Positions 37,062 through 46,798 of a stretch of 64,000 nucleotides of DNA are shown in pieces. The stretch spans positions 1-64,000 of the forward strand of contig CAWHTE010000008.1 in the NCBI GenBank assembly GCA_963832165.1, read 5' to 3'. A model generated the notes under the pieces. The model saw only the letters and a list, made by a program, of their open reading frames with translations, had not been told where the DNA came from and made no database searches. The stretch's first letter is position 1. Each line of letters starts with the position of its first letter. This DNA is from an uncultured delta proteobacterium (GTDB lineage: Bacteria; Myxococcota_A; UBA9160; SMWR01). A program made the position numbers and the translations under genes.

Positions 37062-38806
37062 GCGAGCTGCTGCGCGCGTCGCCGAGCCCGCGCGATCTCG
37101 GGGAGATCCTGCTGCGCACGACCTCGCTCACCGAGGATCAGCTCGAGTCCGCGCGCGCGGCTCAGCGCGAATCGGGCGGCCGGCTCGGCGACCTGCTCGT
37201 CGCGCGCGGTCACGTCTCCGCGGACCAGCTGCTCGGCGCGCTGGCCGAGCAGCTCGGACTGCCCGTGCGCGCGCAGATCCACCAGGTCGACGTCGACGAG
37301 AGCCTGATCGAACGGCTGCCGATCGGCTTCGCCAAGGACCGTCGGGTGCTTCCGCTCTCGCGCGAGGTGGGCGGCGCCGTGCGCGTCGCCGTGACCGATC
37401 CGCTCGACACCGCGCCGCTCGACGATCTGCGCCTGCTGTTCGGCGGCGCCGACATCGTGATCGAGCTCGCCACCCAGCGCACGATCCTGGGCGCGATCAA
37501 CGAGGTCTACGATCGCGGACCCGGCTCCACCGACGCACTCGCCTCCGACGCAGCCGAGGACCTCTCGATGCTCGCGAGCGAGATCAGCCAGGAGCCGCAG
37601 GACCTGCTCGAGTCGGGCGAAGACGACGCGCCGATCATCAAGCTCGTCAATTCGCTGCTGCACAACGCGGTGAAGGAGCGCGCGAGCGATCTGCACCTCG
37701 AGCCGTTCGAGAACGAGCTGCGCGTGCGGTTCCGGATCGACAACGTGCTCTACGAGCCGATCAAGCCGCTGCCGAAGGCGCTCCAGGCCAGCATCGTGTC
37801 GCGCATCAAGATCATGGGCCGGCTCAACATCGCCGAGAAGCGCCTGCCGCAGGACGGCCGGATCCGGCTCAAGATCGCCGGCCGCGACTACGACGTGCGG
37901 CTCTCGACGCTGCCGGTCGCCTACGGCGAGCGCGTGGTGATGCGGCTGCTCCCGCGCACCCAGGAGCTGCTCGACCTCACGACGCTCGGCTTCGACGAGC
38001 AGCAGCTCGCGATCTTGAACAGGCTGATCACGCGCCCGAACGGCATCGTGCTCGTCACGGGGCCCACCGGCAGCGGCAAGACCACGACGCTCTACGGCGC
38101 GCTCGCGCGGATCAACGCCACCGACAAGAACATCATCACGATCGAGGACCCGGTCGAGATCCAGCTTCCGGGCATCGGTCAGATCGAGGTGAACGCGAAG
38201 GTCGATCTCACGTTCGCGCGGGGACTGCGTTCGATCCTGCGCCAGGACCCGAACGTGATCCTGGTCGGTGAGATCCGCGACCTCGAGACCGCCGAAATCG
38301 CGATCCAGGCCTCGCTCACGGGCCACCTCGTGTTCTCGACGCTGCACACCAACGATGCGCCCAGCGCGATCACGCGCCTCGTCGACATGGGTGTCGAGCC
38401 GTTCCTGGTCGGCTCGTCGCTCGTCGCGGTGCTCGCGCAGCGGCTCGTGCGCGTGCTGTGCGCGGACTGCAAGGTGGCCTACGAAGCGACCGCCGAGGAG
38501 CTCGCGGAGCTCGGGATCAAGACCACGGGGCGATCCGTGCGGCTGTACCGGCCCGAGGGCTGTGCGGGCTGCAACTACGCCGGCTATCGCGGCCGCGTCG
38601 GCATCTTCGAGCTGATGCAGGTCGACGACGAGATCCGCGCGCTCGTGAGCCAGAACATCGACTCGAAGTCGATCAAGAGCGCGGCGGTGCGACGCGGCAT
38701 GCACCCTCTGCGCTCCGACGGCGCGCGCAAGGTCCTCGCTGGCGTGACGTCGGTCGCCGAGGTGCTGCGCGCGACCGAGGAACAGGGCGCTGTCGCCCAG
38801 ATCTAG
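37058..38806 (+). CDS. gspE: Type II secretion ATPase GspE with N-terminal MshEN-like domain
   Basis: ASDLHLEP, EKRLPQDG, GPTGSGKTT, LRQDP, TGHLVFSTLH, CxxC...CxxC. Confidence 0.96.
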   Translation: MSELLRASPSPRDLGEILLRTTSLTEDQLESARAAQRESGGRLGDLLVARGHVSADQLLGALAEQLGLPVRAQIHQVDVDESLIERLPIGFAKDRRVLPLSREVGGAVRVAVTDPLDTAPLDDLRLLFGGADIVIELATQRTILGAINEVYDRGPGSTDALASDAAEDLSMLASEISQEPQDLLESGEDDAPIIKLVNSLLHNAVKERASDLHLEPFENELRVRFRIDNVLYEPIKPLPKALQASIVSRIKIMGRLNIAEKRLPQDGRIRLKIAGRDYDVRLSTLPVAYGERVVMRLLPRTQELLDLTTLGFDEQQLAILNRLITRPNGIVLVTGPTGSGKTTTLYGALARINATDKNIITIEDPVEIQLPGIGQIEVNAKVDLTFARGLRSILRQDPNVILVGEIRDLETAEIAIQASLTGHLVFSTLHTNDAPSAITRLVDMGVEPFLVGSSLVAVLAQRLVRVLCADCKVAYEATAEELAELGIKTTGRSVRLYRPEGCAGCNYAGYRGRVGIFELMQVDDEIRALVSQNIDSKSIKSAAVRRGMHPLRSDGARKVLAGVTSVAEVLRATEEQGAVAQI

Positions 38807-38818
38807 TCAGGAGAGCGC

Positions 38819-40057
38819 GTGCCGGTCTACGCATACAAGGGCGTCACGGCCGCCGGGAAGAAGACTCGCGGCCACCTCGACGCAGAGAGCCCGCGCACGG
38901 CGCGCGCGCGCCTGCGCCGCGACGGCATCTTCCTGACCGAGCTTGCGGAGGGTGGCGAAGCGTCCGCGCGCGCAGATTCGCCCAGCCGGTTCGCGCTCGC
39001 GCTGCCGACCCTCTCGCGCGTCTCGTCGCTCGATCTCGCGCTGGCCACGCGCCAGCTGTCCACGCTGGTCGGGGCGGGGATTCCGCTCGTCTCCGCGCTG
39101 CGGGCGCTCACCGATCAGAGCGAGAACGCGAAACTCAAGAGCGTGATCGGCCAGGTGTGCGACCGCGTGAACGAGGGCGCTGCGCTCGCCGACGCGATGG
39201 CGGCGTCGGGCGGCGTCTTCCCGGACCTCTACGTGGGCATGGTGCGCGCGGGCGAGGCCGGCGGCGCGCTCGAGACCGTGCTCGAGCGGCTCGCCGACTA
39301 CCTCGAGAGCCAGGTGCGTCTGCGGAACAAGGTCTCCTCGATCATCATCTACCCCGCGATGATGTTCCTGTTCGCGTGCCTCGTGGTGGGCATCCTCGTG
39401 ACGGTCGTGCTGCCCCAGATCACCGAGCTGCTCGCGAGCCTGAACCAGCCCCTGCCCTTCTACACGCGCTGGATCATCGCGGGCAGCCATTTCACGCGCG
39501 ATTACTGGTGGTTGATGGCGCTCGCCGGGGTCGCGCTCGCGTTCGCGTTCCGCGCCGCCGTGCGCACCGAGCGCGGCCGCGCGGCGTACGATCGCTTCAA
39601 GCTCCGCGCGCCCGTGATCGGGCGCCTCGTGCGCATGCTCGCGATCTCGCGCTTCGCGCGGACGCTGTCCACGCTACTTTCAGGGGGGCTGCCGATCACG
39701 CGCGCGCTGGAGACGGCATCCGAGGTGACGGGGAACACCGTGCTCGCGGCGGCGATCGACGCCGCCCGCACGAGCATCACCGAGGGTGCGAGCGTGGCGG
39801 CGCCGCTGCGCGCGAGCGGGCAGTTCCCGCCCATGGTGACCCACATGATCGAAGTCGGAGAGCAGAGCGGCGAGCTCGAGTCGATGCTCGCCAAGGTCTC
39901 CGAGACGTACGAGGAACAGGTCGAAACCACGGTGACGCGGCTGACCGCGCTGCTCGAACCGATCCTGATCCTGATGATGGTCGGGATCGTGCTCGTGATC
40001 ATTCTCGCGACGCTCGTGCCTCTGCTGCAGATCACGAGCTCGCTCGGGGCGCAATAG
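38819..40057 (+). CDS. gspF: Type II secretion inner-membrane platform GspF
   Basis: TRQLSTLVGAGIPL, AGEAGGALE, GEQSGELE, LLEP. Confidence 0.95.
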   Translation: MPVYAYKGVTAAGKKTRGHLDAESPRTARARLRRDGIFLTELAEGGEASARADSPSRFALALPTLSRVSSLDLALATRQLSTLVGAGIPLVSALRALTDQSENAKLKSVIGQVCDRVNEGAALADAMAASGGVFPDLYVGMVRAGEAGGALETVLERLADYLESQVRLRNKVSSIIIYPAMMFLFACLVVGILVTVVLPQITELLASLNQPLPFYTRWIIAGSHFTRDYWWLMALAGVALAFAFRAAVRTERGRAAYDRFKLRAPVIGRLVRMLAISRFARTLSTLLSGGLPITRALETASEVTGNTVLAAAIDAARTSITEGASVAAPLRASGQFPPMVTHMIEVGEQSGELESMLAKVSETYEEQVETTVTRLTALLEPILILMMVGIVLVIILATLVPLLQITSSLGAQ

Positions 40058-40065
40058 GAGGTCTT

Positions 40066-40548
40066 ATGGCTGGAAATCGGGGCCGTGGGCGAGCGAAGTC
40101 CATGAGGCGTGGCTTCACATTGATCGAGATCATGGCGGTGGTGCTGATCATCGGCCTGCTCAGCACACTGGTAGGGCTCGCGATCTTTCCGCAGATCGAC
40201 AAGGCCCGCGTGAACACGGCGCGGACCCAGCTCTCGATGCTCGACGCCGCGCTCGAGGCGTACCGCATGGACAACGCGAACTTCCCGACCAGCGAACAGG
40301 GCCTCGTGGCGCTGATCCGTCCGCCGCCGGAAGCGCGCAACCCGCTGCCCGGCGGTTACCTGCGCGAGCAGCGCATTCCCGAAGATCCGTGGGGCAATCC
40401 GTTCCAGTACGAATTCCCGGGCCAGCACAACACCCACGCGTACGACCTCTGGTCGTTCGGCGCCGACGGGAACCCCGGCGGCGAAGGTGTCGACGCCGAC
40501 ATCGGCAATTGGACGGAAGACCAGCAGACGCAGGCCCAGGCCGGCTAG
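40066..40548 (+). CDS. gspG: Major pseudopilin GspG
   Basis: GFTLIEIM, YRMDNANFP, GLVAL, DPWGNPFQY, SFGADG, DIGNW; AGGAGG RBS. Confidence 0.95.
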   Translation: MAGNRGRGRAKSMRRGFTLIEIMAVVLIIGLLSTLVGLAIFPQIDKARVNTARTQLSMLDAALEAYRMDNANFPTSEQGLVALIRPPPEARNPLPGGYLREQRIPEDPWGNPFQYEFPGQHNTHAYDLWSFGADGNPGGEGVDADIGNWTEDQQTQAQAG

Positions 40549-40551
40549 GCG

Positions 40552-41130
40552 ATGGCGACGAGGAGGCGAGGATTCACTCTGATCGAGATCCTCGCCGTGG
40601 TCGCGATCCTCGCGCTCGTGGCGGCCTTCGTGGTGCCCAACATGGGTGGGTTCCGCAGGCGCGCGCTGCGCAACGAGGCGGAGCAGCTCGCATCGCAGCT
40701 CGAGCTCGCGCGCCAGCGCGCGATCGTGACCGGTGTGCCGCACCGCGTATGGCTCGGGCTCGAGCAGGCCGAGTACCGCCTCGAGTGGCTCGCGGTGGAC
40801 CCCGAGGCCGATCCGGAGCTCGCCGAGCCCGAAGAGGTCGACCTGCGCGGCAACACGCCGCTCTCGCTCGTGGCACCGCGCCGCCGCGAGCTCGACTACC
40901 ACCCGATCCCGGGCAACTTCGGACGCCTCCAGGTGGTCGCCGATCCGTTCTACTTCCAGGGCGTGGAGACGGCCGAGGGTCGGATCACGCGCGGCGAGGT
41001 ATCCGTCGAGTTCGCGCGCGACGGCAGCGCGGACTACACCGAGATCTACCTGGAGGACGCCCAGGGCGATCAGATCGCGCTCGACGTCCACCCGCTCGAC
41101 GAGCGGGTCCGGATCCGACATGAGCTCTAG
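40552..41130 (+). CDS. gspH: Minor pseudopilin GspH
   Basis: RRGFTLIEIL prepilin motif, ARQRAI; position after gspG. Confidence 0.8.
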   Translation: MATRRRGFTLIEILAVVAILALVAAFVVPNMGGFRRRALRNEAEQLASQLELARQRAIVTGVPHRVWLGLEQAEYRLEWLAVDPEADPELAEPEEVDLRGNTPLSLVAPRRRELDYHPIPGNFGRLQVVADPFYFQGVETAEGRITRGEVSVEFARDGSADYTEIYLEDAQGDQIALDVHPLDERVRIRHEL

Positions 41131-41746
41131 CCGCTCCGTCTCCGTGCGCGGCTTCACGTTGCTCGAAGTGATGGCCGCCGTGCTCGTGCTCGGCCTGCTC
41201 TACACGGTGCTCGCAGGTGCTGCGATGCGCGGGCTGCGCTCCGAGGGCACTGATCGGCGCCGCGCCGACGCCGAGCTGATCGCCGATCGAGAGCTCACGA
41301 CGATCGAGGCGGAGCTCGAGGCCGGCGCAGCTCTCGAGGACGGCCGCACGGAGCTCGAAGTGGAGCCGTACCAGGTGCTGATCGAGATCGCGCCTGCCGA
41401 CGTCATCGCGATGCTACCGGCGTCGCTGGGCCGCGAGATCGCCAAGACCACCGATCCGAAGGCTCCGTCGCTGCTCCACGACGAGCGCGGAGAGAGCCGC
41501 ATCTGGCGCGTGTCGGTGGTCGTGGCATGGGACGAGGCCGGCGAGCCCGACCAGGTCGAGCGCACGACCTTCGCGTTCGACAAGTCGGCGCTCGCCCAGT
41601 TCTTCCCGTCCGAGTCCGAATCCCCGGGCAGCGAAGCGGCGGCAACCGACGATCCCTACGCAGAGCTGCGCAAGGACGCCCCGCCCGAGCTCCAGGAGCT
41701 GATGCCGGGCGCCCCGGCTCCGAAGGCTCCGAGGCGGCGGCGATGA
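41120..41746 (+). CDS. gspI: Minor pseudopilin GspI
   Basis: GFTLLEVMAA prepilin motif; gene order. Confidence 0.75.
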   Translation: MSSSRSVSVRGFTLLEVMAAVLVLGLLYTVLAGAAMRGLRSEGTDRRRADAELIADRELTTIEAELEAGAALEDGRTELEVEPYQVLIEIAPADVIAMLPASLGREIAKTTDPKAPSLLHDERGESRIWRVSVVVAWDEAGEPDQVERTTFAFDKSALAQFFPSESESPGSEAAATDDPYAELRKDAPPELQELMPGAPAPKAPRRRR

Positions 41747-42732
41747 ACGCGCACCCCGATCGAGGACGCGCCGCGCATCGGCGGTTCGGCTTCACGCTAT
41801 TCGAGATGCTCGGAGTCGTACTCGTGACGGCGCTCCTGCTCGGCGCCGCGATCAGCTTCTACCTGAACCTCACGCGGCAGGCGGCGCGAGCGAGCGAGAG
41901 CACGCGCGAGGTCCGGCGGGCCACGGCGCTGCTCGATCGGATCGCGAGCGACCTCGAGCACACGATGCTCGTGAAGAAGCCCCCGGAAGAGGACGCGCTC
42001 GCGAGTCCGTGGCTCTTTCTCGCGGAGAGCCGCTTCTCGCAACCGAGCGGAGAGCGCGGTGCAGACCAGCTCAAGTTCATCCGGCGCGAGATCCCGCGCT
42101 CGAGCGATGGACCCGCGTCCGACCTCGCGATGGTCGCCTACACGCTCGACCAGGCCGAGGACGGTGCGAACTTCGAGCTGCGCCGCTGGTCCATGTCCGA
42201 GCTGCCCGAGAGCCTGGACCGCGAGTTTCCGCGCACGGACGATCCCGCCGCGTTCCTGCTCGCGGACGATCTCAGCTACTTCGCGCTGCGCTTCCTCGAC
42301 GACGGCGGCAACTGGGTCGACCGCTGGGACTCCACCCAGCTCGTCGAGTCGAGCGAGCTGCCGCTCGCGGTCGAGATCGAGGTCGCCCTGGCTCCTCCCG
42401 CCGCCCCCGGCGCCGAGCCCGAGCTCGACGTCGAGCCGATGCACTACGCGCGCCGGGTCGAGCTGCCGCTGCGCCCGCTCGACCTCGAGGCGCTGCTGAA
42501 TCCCGACGAGGAGAAGGAGGTCGCGCAGGAGGAAGGCGACGAGGAGGACGAGGACGGGGGACGCACGCTCGCCGACTGTGTCGACGTGGGCAAACTCAGA
42601 GGGGTCTCGGGCCTCTCGGAATCGGACATCGCCACGCTGGCCGCCGCGATCCAGAACTCTCCGGCCGCGGCGTTCGCGCCCTACGCGGCCGCACTCGCGG
42701 GTCACCCCGCGGTGAACCCGGACTGCTTCTGA
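41743..42732 (+). CDS. gspJ: Minor pseudopilin GspJ
   Basis: GFTLFEML, RIASDL, WVDRWDS..LPLAVEIEV. Confidence 0.8.
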   Translation: MNAHPDRGRAAHRRFGFTLFEMLGVVLVTALLLGAAISFYLNLTRQAARASESTREVRRATALLDRIASDLEHTMLVKKPPEEDALASPWLFLAESRFSQPSGERGADQLKFIRREIPRSSDGPASDLAMVAYTLDQAEDGANFELRRWSMSELPESLDREFPRTDDPAAFLLADDLSYFALRFLDDGGNWVDRWDSTQLVESSELPLAVEIEVALAPPAAPGAEPELDVEPMHYARRVELPLRPLDLEALLNPDEEKEVAQEEGDEEDEDGGRTLADCVDVGKLRGVSGLSESDIATLAAAIQNSPAAAFAPYAAALAGHPAVNPDCF

Positions 42733-43754
42733 TGCGGCGCCGCTCGGGAATCGTGCTCGTGGTGGTGCTGTTCTTCGCATTGCTGCTCGCGAGCACCGTG
42801 GCGACGTTCACACGGATCGCGCTGATCGACCACATGATCGTGCGCAACCGCGACTCGCGCGCGCGCGCCGATGCGCTCGCGCGCGGCGGCATCCGCCTGG
42901 CCACCGCGCTGCTGCTCGAGGACAAGCTCGGCGAGCAGGGCGAGGGCCGCCCGAAGCTCGATTCTGCCGACGACCTCTGGGCGCGCATTTCCGGCGCACC
43001 GATCGAGTTCTCGGACGGCACGACCCTGCGCCTCGAGATCGAAGACGTGGCGGCGAAGCTGAACCTGAACGCCGTCGTCGTGTTCGACGAGACCGGGATT
43101 CCGGACCCGAAGAGCATCGAGCTCCTGACGCGCCTGTTCGCCAAGATCGTCGAGGAGATGGATCTGCCGCGCGGCGAACAGAATCTCTACGACCCGGAAG
43201 AGCTCGCGACCTACCTGATCGACTACATCGACGAGGACACGCTGCGCCTGACGGGCGGACCCGAGGACGAGGCCTATCAACAGCGCGAGCCGCCCGCGCG
43301 GCCTGCGAACCGCCCGCTGCTCTCGGTGGACGAGCTGCGGCGCGTGGAGGGGTTCGATGCGCGGATGGTGGATGCGCTGCGGTCCTACGTGACCGTGTAT
43401 CCCTACGCGGGCGGAGGCGGGATCAACCCCAACACCGCCCCGCCCCACGTGCTCTCGCTCTTGTTCTTCGATGACGAGGTGCAGCTGCGTCTCGCGGACG
43501 AGGACACGATCCGCAGCATGCTGGCGATCCGCAAGGACGGTGGCTTCATCTGCGGTGAGGACCAAAGTGCCGAGGGCTGCACGCCGATACGTAGTCTCGT
43601 GGTCAACGCCATCTTCCCGGAGCCCCACTTCACGAGCGACGTGTTCGTCGTGACCGCGTTCGCGCAGGTGGGGGAAGTCGCGCGGCGCGTAGAGGCGGTG
43701 CTCGACCGCAGCGAAGGCGCCGAGCCGCGCTTGCTATCCTGGCGCACGCTGTGA
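42732..43754 (+). CDS. gspK: Minor pseudopilin GspK
   Basis: SGIVLVVVL, KLNLN, IDYID, SVDELRRVEGF, INPNTAPPHVL. Confidence 0.88.
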   Translation: MRRRSGIVLVVVLFFALLLASTVATFTRIALIDHMIVRNRDSRARADALARGGIRLATALLLEDKLGEQGEGRPKLDSADDLWARISGAPIEFSDGTTLRLEIEDVAAKLNLNAVVVFDETGIPDPKSIELLTRLFAKIVEEMDLPRGEQNLYDPEELATYLIDYIDEDTLRLTGGPEDEAYQQREPPARPANRPLLSVDELRRVEGFDARMVDALRSYVTVYPYAGGGGINPNTAPPHVLSLLFFDDEVQLRLADEDTIRSMLAIRKDGGFICGEDQSAEGCTPIRSLVVNAIFPEPHFTSDVFVVTAFAQVGEVARRVEAVLDRSEGAEPRLLSWRTL

Positions 43755-43767
43755 TGAGGGCCTCCGC

Positions 43768-45384
43768 GTGCCGTTCCTGAAGAACGTCCTCGGGCTCGAC
43801 CTCGGCAGCCACTCGATCAAGGCGGTGGAGCTCGCCCAGGGCCTGCGCAGCGTGGAGGTGGTCCGCTTCCATGCCGAGGCCCGCGAGCCCGAGGTGCCGC
43901 TCGCGAGCCAGGTCGCACGCATGCTGATCAGCCGGTCGTTCCGGCGCGACAACGTGGTGGCCGCGCTGCGCGGAGACCGGATCTCGGTGCGCCGTCTCTC
44001 GTTCCCGTTCGTCGAGAAGCGTCGCATCGCCCAGGCGGTGCCGTTCGAGGTCGAAGACCAGGTCCCGTTCGATCTCGACGAGATGGTGATCGACTGGGCG
44101 CCCACGGGCCGCGAGGGCTCGACCGCACACGTGGTCTCGGTGCTGGCGCCGCGCACCGAGGTGTCCGCGCTGGTCGAGACGCTCCACGAGGCCCGCTGCG
44201 ACGCGCGCGTGATCGAGAGCGAAGGCCTCGCGCTCGCGAACCTCGCCTCGTCGTTCGAGTTCCCGGGCACGCGCCTGATCGTCGACATCGGTCATTCCAA
44301 GACGACGGTGTGCGCAATCCGCGAGGGTGTCGCCATGTCCGCGCGCTCGATCGGCGTCGCGGGCCGATCATTCACCGAGGCGATCGCGCAGGAGCGCTCG
44401 CTCTCGCTCGAGCAGGCCGAGCGCTGGAAGCACGAGCGCGGCATCGCGGAGCCCGGCGTCGGCTCGCCGTTCCCGCGCGCCGATGCGGTGCTCACGCGCC
44501 TCGCCAACGAGATCCGGCGCTTTGCGCAGTCGCTCGAGGGGCAGATCCCGGGCGGGATCGGCGGGATCGTGCTGATCGGCGGCGGCGCGCAGCTCGAACG
44601 GATCGAGGAATGGATCGCCGACCGAACCGAGCTGCCGACGGAGCGCCTCGGGCTGCCGCGCGAAGGAGCTGGGCTCGATGCGATCGCCGAGGGCGCGCCG
44701 CTCGTGCTCGCACCTGCGCTCGCGCTCGCGCTGCGCGGATCCGCGCGCGCGACTACGCGCATGAACCTGCGCCAGGACGAATTCACGCGCCGCGCCGACT
44801 TCTCGCGCGTGCGCCGCGAGTACGGCAGCACGGGAATCCTCGCCGCGATCGTGGCGGTGCTCGCGGTCGTGAGCTTCTCGACCGGCTCCGTGCTCGAGTC
44901 GCGCGCGGCGGGCGGGGTCGAGCAGCAGATCGCTGCGCTCTACCGCGAAGCGTTCCCGGACGGCCCCCTGCCCGACAACCCGATCGCGGCGATGCGCGAG
45001 GCCGTGCGCGACGCCGAACAGCGCGCCGAGTTCCTGGGCGTCTACCGCGGCAACCTCTCCGCGCTCGATGTGTTCACGGAGATCTCGAAGCGAGTGCCGA
45101 AGGACCTCGACGTGGGGCTCGAGGAGCTCGCGATCGACAAGCAGACGGTCCGTCTGCGCGTTGCCGCGAAGACTTTCGAGGCGGCGGACCGGCTCGGCAC
45201 CGAGCTCGCGAAGTTCGGGCCGTTCCAGCAGGCGCAGATCGGCGCGATCGAGACCGACAACCGCACGGGCGGCAAGAAGTTCAACGTCACGATCAGCCTC
45301 GCGAGCGAAGCCGAGCCCGTGAACAAGCCCGAACCGGGACCGGCGGCTGCGCCCGCCACGCCCGCGGTGGGGGCTGCACAATGA
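43768..45384 (+). CDS. gspL: GspL (PilM-like actin-fold cytoplasmic domain + TM + periplasmic domain)
   Basis: GLDLGSHSIKAV, VDIGHSKTTV, LIGGGAQL, MNLRQDEF followed by a TM segment; gene order. Confidence 0.82.
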   Translation: MPFLKNVLGLDLGSHSIKAVELAQGLRSVEVVRFHAEAREPEVPLASQVARMLISRSFRRDNVVAALRGDRISVRRLSFPFVEKRRIAQAVPFEVEDQVPFDLDEMVIDWAPTGREGSTAHVVSVLAPRTEVSALVETLHEARCDARVIESEGLALANLASSFEFPGTRLIVDIGHSKTTVCAIREGVAMSARSIGVAGRSFTEAIAQERSLSLEQAERWKHERGIAEPGVGSPFPRADAVLTRLANEIRRFAQSLEGQIPGGIGGIVLIGGGAQLERIEEWIADRTELPTERLGLPREGAGLDAIAEGAPLVLAPALALALRGSARATTRMNLRQDEFTRRADFSRVRREYGSTGILAAIVAVLAVVSFSTGSVLESRAAGGVEQQIAALYREAFPDGPLPDNPIAAMREAVRDAEQRAEFLGVYRGNLSALDVFTEISKRVPKDLDVGLEELAIDKQTVRLRVAAKTFEAADRLGTELAKFGPFQQAQIGAIETDNRTGGKKFNVTISLASEAEPVNKPEPGPAAAPATPAVGAAQ

Positions 45385-45929
45385 TGACGTGGTGGAACCG
45401 CCTGCTCAACGCGTTCAACGGCCTCGCTCCGCGCGAGCGGCTGCTCGTATCGATCGTGGGCGGATTGCTCGGAGTCGCACTGCTCTACCTCGTAGTGGTG
45501 GGCCCGATCCTGCGCGCCTCGGATCGCGGCGAGCAGCGCCTGGCCACCGCCGACCAACAGCTCCAGGTGATGCAGCGCCTGCGTCGCGACTACGACGACG
45601 TGCAGGGCCGACTCGCCGATGTCGAGCAGCGGATCCAGCGCGGCGCGAAGAGCGAGCTGCGCACCACGCTCGAGTCCCTCGCGCAGCAGGCGTCGGTGAA
45701 GGTGGAGTCGATGGAGCCGCAGGCCTCGCCCGCGCACCCGAAGTACCGGGAGACGAAGGTGGAGGTGGGTCTGCGCAACGCGACTCTCGCGCAGACCGTG
45801 CACTATCTGCACGCGATCGACATCGCGCCGCAGGCGCTGTCGGTGAAGAGCCTGCGCGTCCGCACGCGCGCCGAGCAGCCCGACCTGCTCGACGTGACGT
45901 TCACCGTCTCGTCGTTCGAGCCGATCTAG
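45381..45929 (+). CDS. gspM: Type II secretion protein GspM
   Basis: LAPRERLLV + TM + coiled coil; gene order. Confidence 0.8.
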   Translation: MMTWWNRLLNAFNGLAPRERLLVSIVGGLLGVALLYLVVVGPILRASDRGEQRLATADQQLQVMQRLRRDYDDVQGRLADVEQRIQRGAKSELRTTLESLAQQASVKVESMEPQASPAHPKYRETKVEVGLRNATLAQTVHYLHAIDIAPQALSVKSLRVRTRAEQPDLLDVTFTVSSFEPI

Positions 45930-46786
45930 TGAGCGAGGTCGCAGCGGAGAAGCCCCGTCCGAGCCCCCGGCGCATCGCCGGGATCGCGCTCGCGGCGATC
46001 GCGCTCACGGCAATCCTGATGGTCCTGCGCTTCCCGTACGACCGGCTCGCCTCGTACATTGCGCAGCGCGTCGAGCAGGAGACCGGCGCGCGCGTCGCGC
46101 TGGGCCCGGTGTCGCTCGCGCTCGTGCGCTGGGGCCCAGGAATCGCGGCGCACGGAGTGCAGATCTCCCGCCCTGACGGCACGCACCTCGATCTCGCTCG
46201 GCTCGGCGTGCGCCCCGCCCTCGCGCTCGCGTGGTTCACGGGCAACCCCGCGCTCGCGACCGAGGTGGAGTCGGCGCTCGGCGGGGTCTCGGGCGTGGTC
46301 ACGTTCGGCGATGCGCCCGGGTTCTCGGGCACGCTGAGCGACGTCGATCTCGATCAGCTCCCCCAGCACCGGATCGGCGCGCCGCTGCGCCTCCAGGGGC
46401 GCGCCGACGCCGACCTGGATATCACGATGCGCGAGGCCGGACCCGAGGGCGAGTTCGAGTTCGAGGCGCGCGACGGCATGCTCACCCATCCCAACCTGCC
46501 GTTGCCGATGCCGTTCCAGAAGCTCACGGGCGAAATCGACCTCGGCGGCACGGTATGGGCGCAGATCAAGAACGTCGAGCTCGCGTCGCCGCTCGCCTCG
46601 GGGCATGCGAAGGGCACGGTCGGCCGCTCGCCCATATTCGCCTCGGCGCCGCTCTCGCTCGAGATCGAGCTCACGGTGAGCGGCGCCGTCCAGGGATCGC
46701 TGCGCTCACAGGGCGTCGCGATCGGCAATGACGGCCAGATCCACGTGAACGTCTCCGGGACCCCGGCACGGCCCGTGGTTCGATAG
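45929..46786 (+). CDS. gspN: Type II secretion protein GspN
   Basis: TM followed by RFPYDRL, beta-rich body, ends SGTPARP; last gene of the cluster. Confidence 0.75.
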   Translation: MSEVAAEKPRPSPRRIAGIALAAIALTAILMVLRFPYDRLASYIAQRVEQETGARVALGPVSLALVRWGPGIAAHGVQISRPDGTHLDLARLGVRPALALAWFTGNPALATEVESALGGVSGVVTFGDAPGFSGTLSDVDLDQLPQHRIGAPLRLQGRADADLDITMREAGPEGEFEFEARDGMLTHPNLPLPMPFQKLTGEIDLGGTVWAQIKNVELASPLASGHAKGTVGRSPIFASAPLSLEIELTVSGAVQGSLRSQGVAIGNDGQIHVNVSGTPARPVVR

Positions 46787-46798
46787 CTTCTCGATCGA

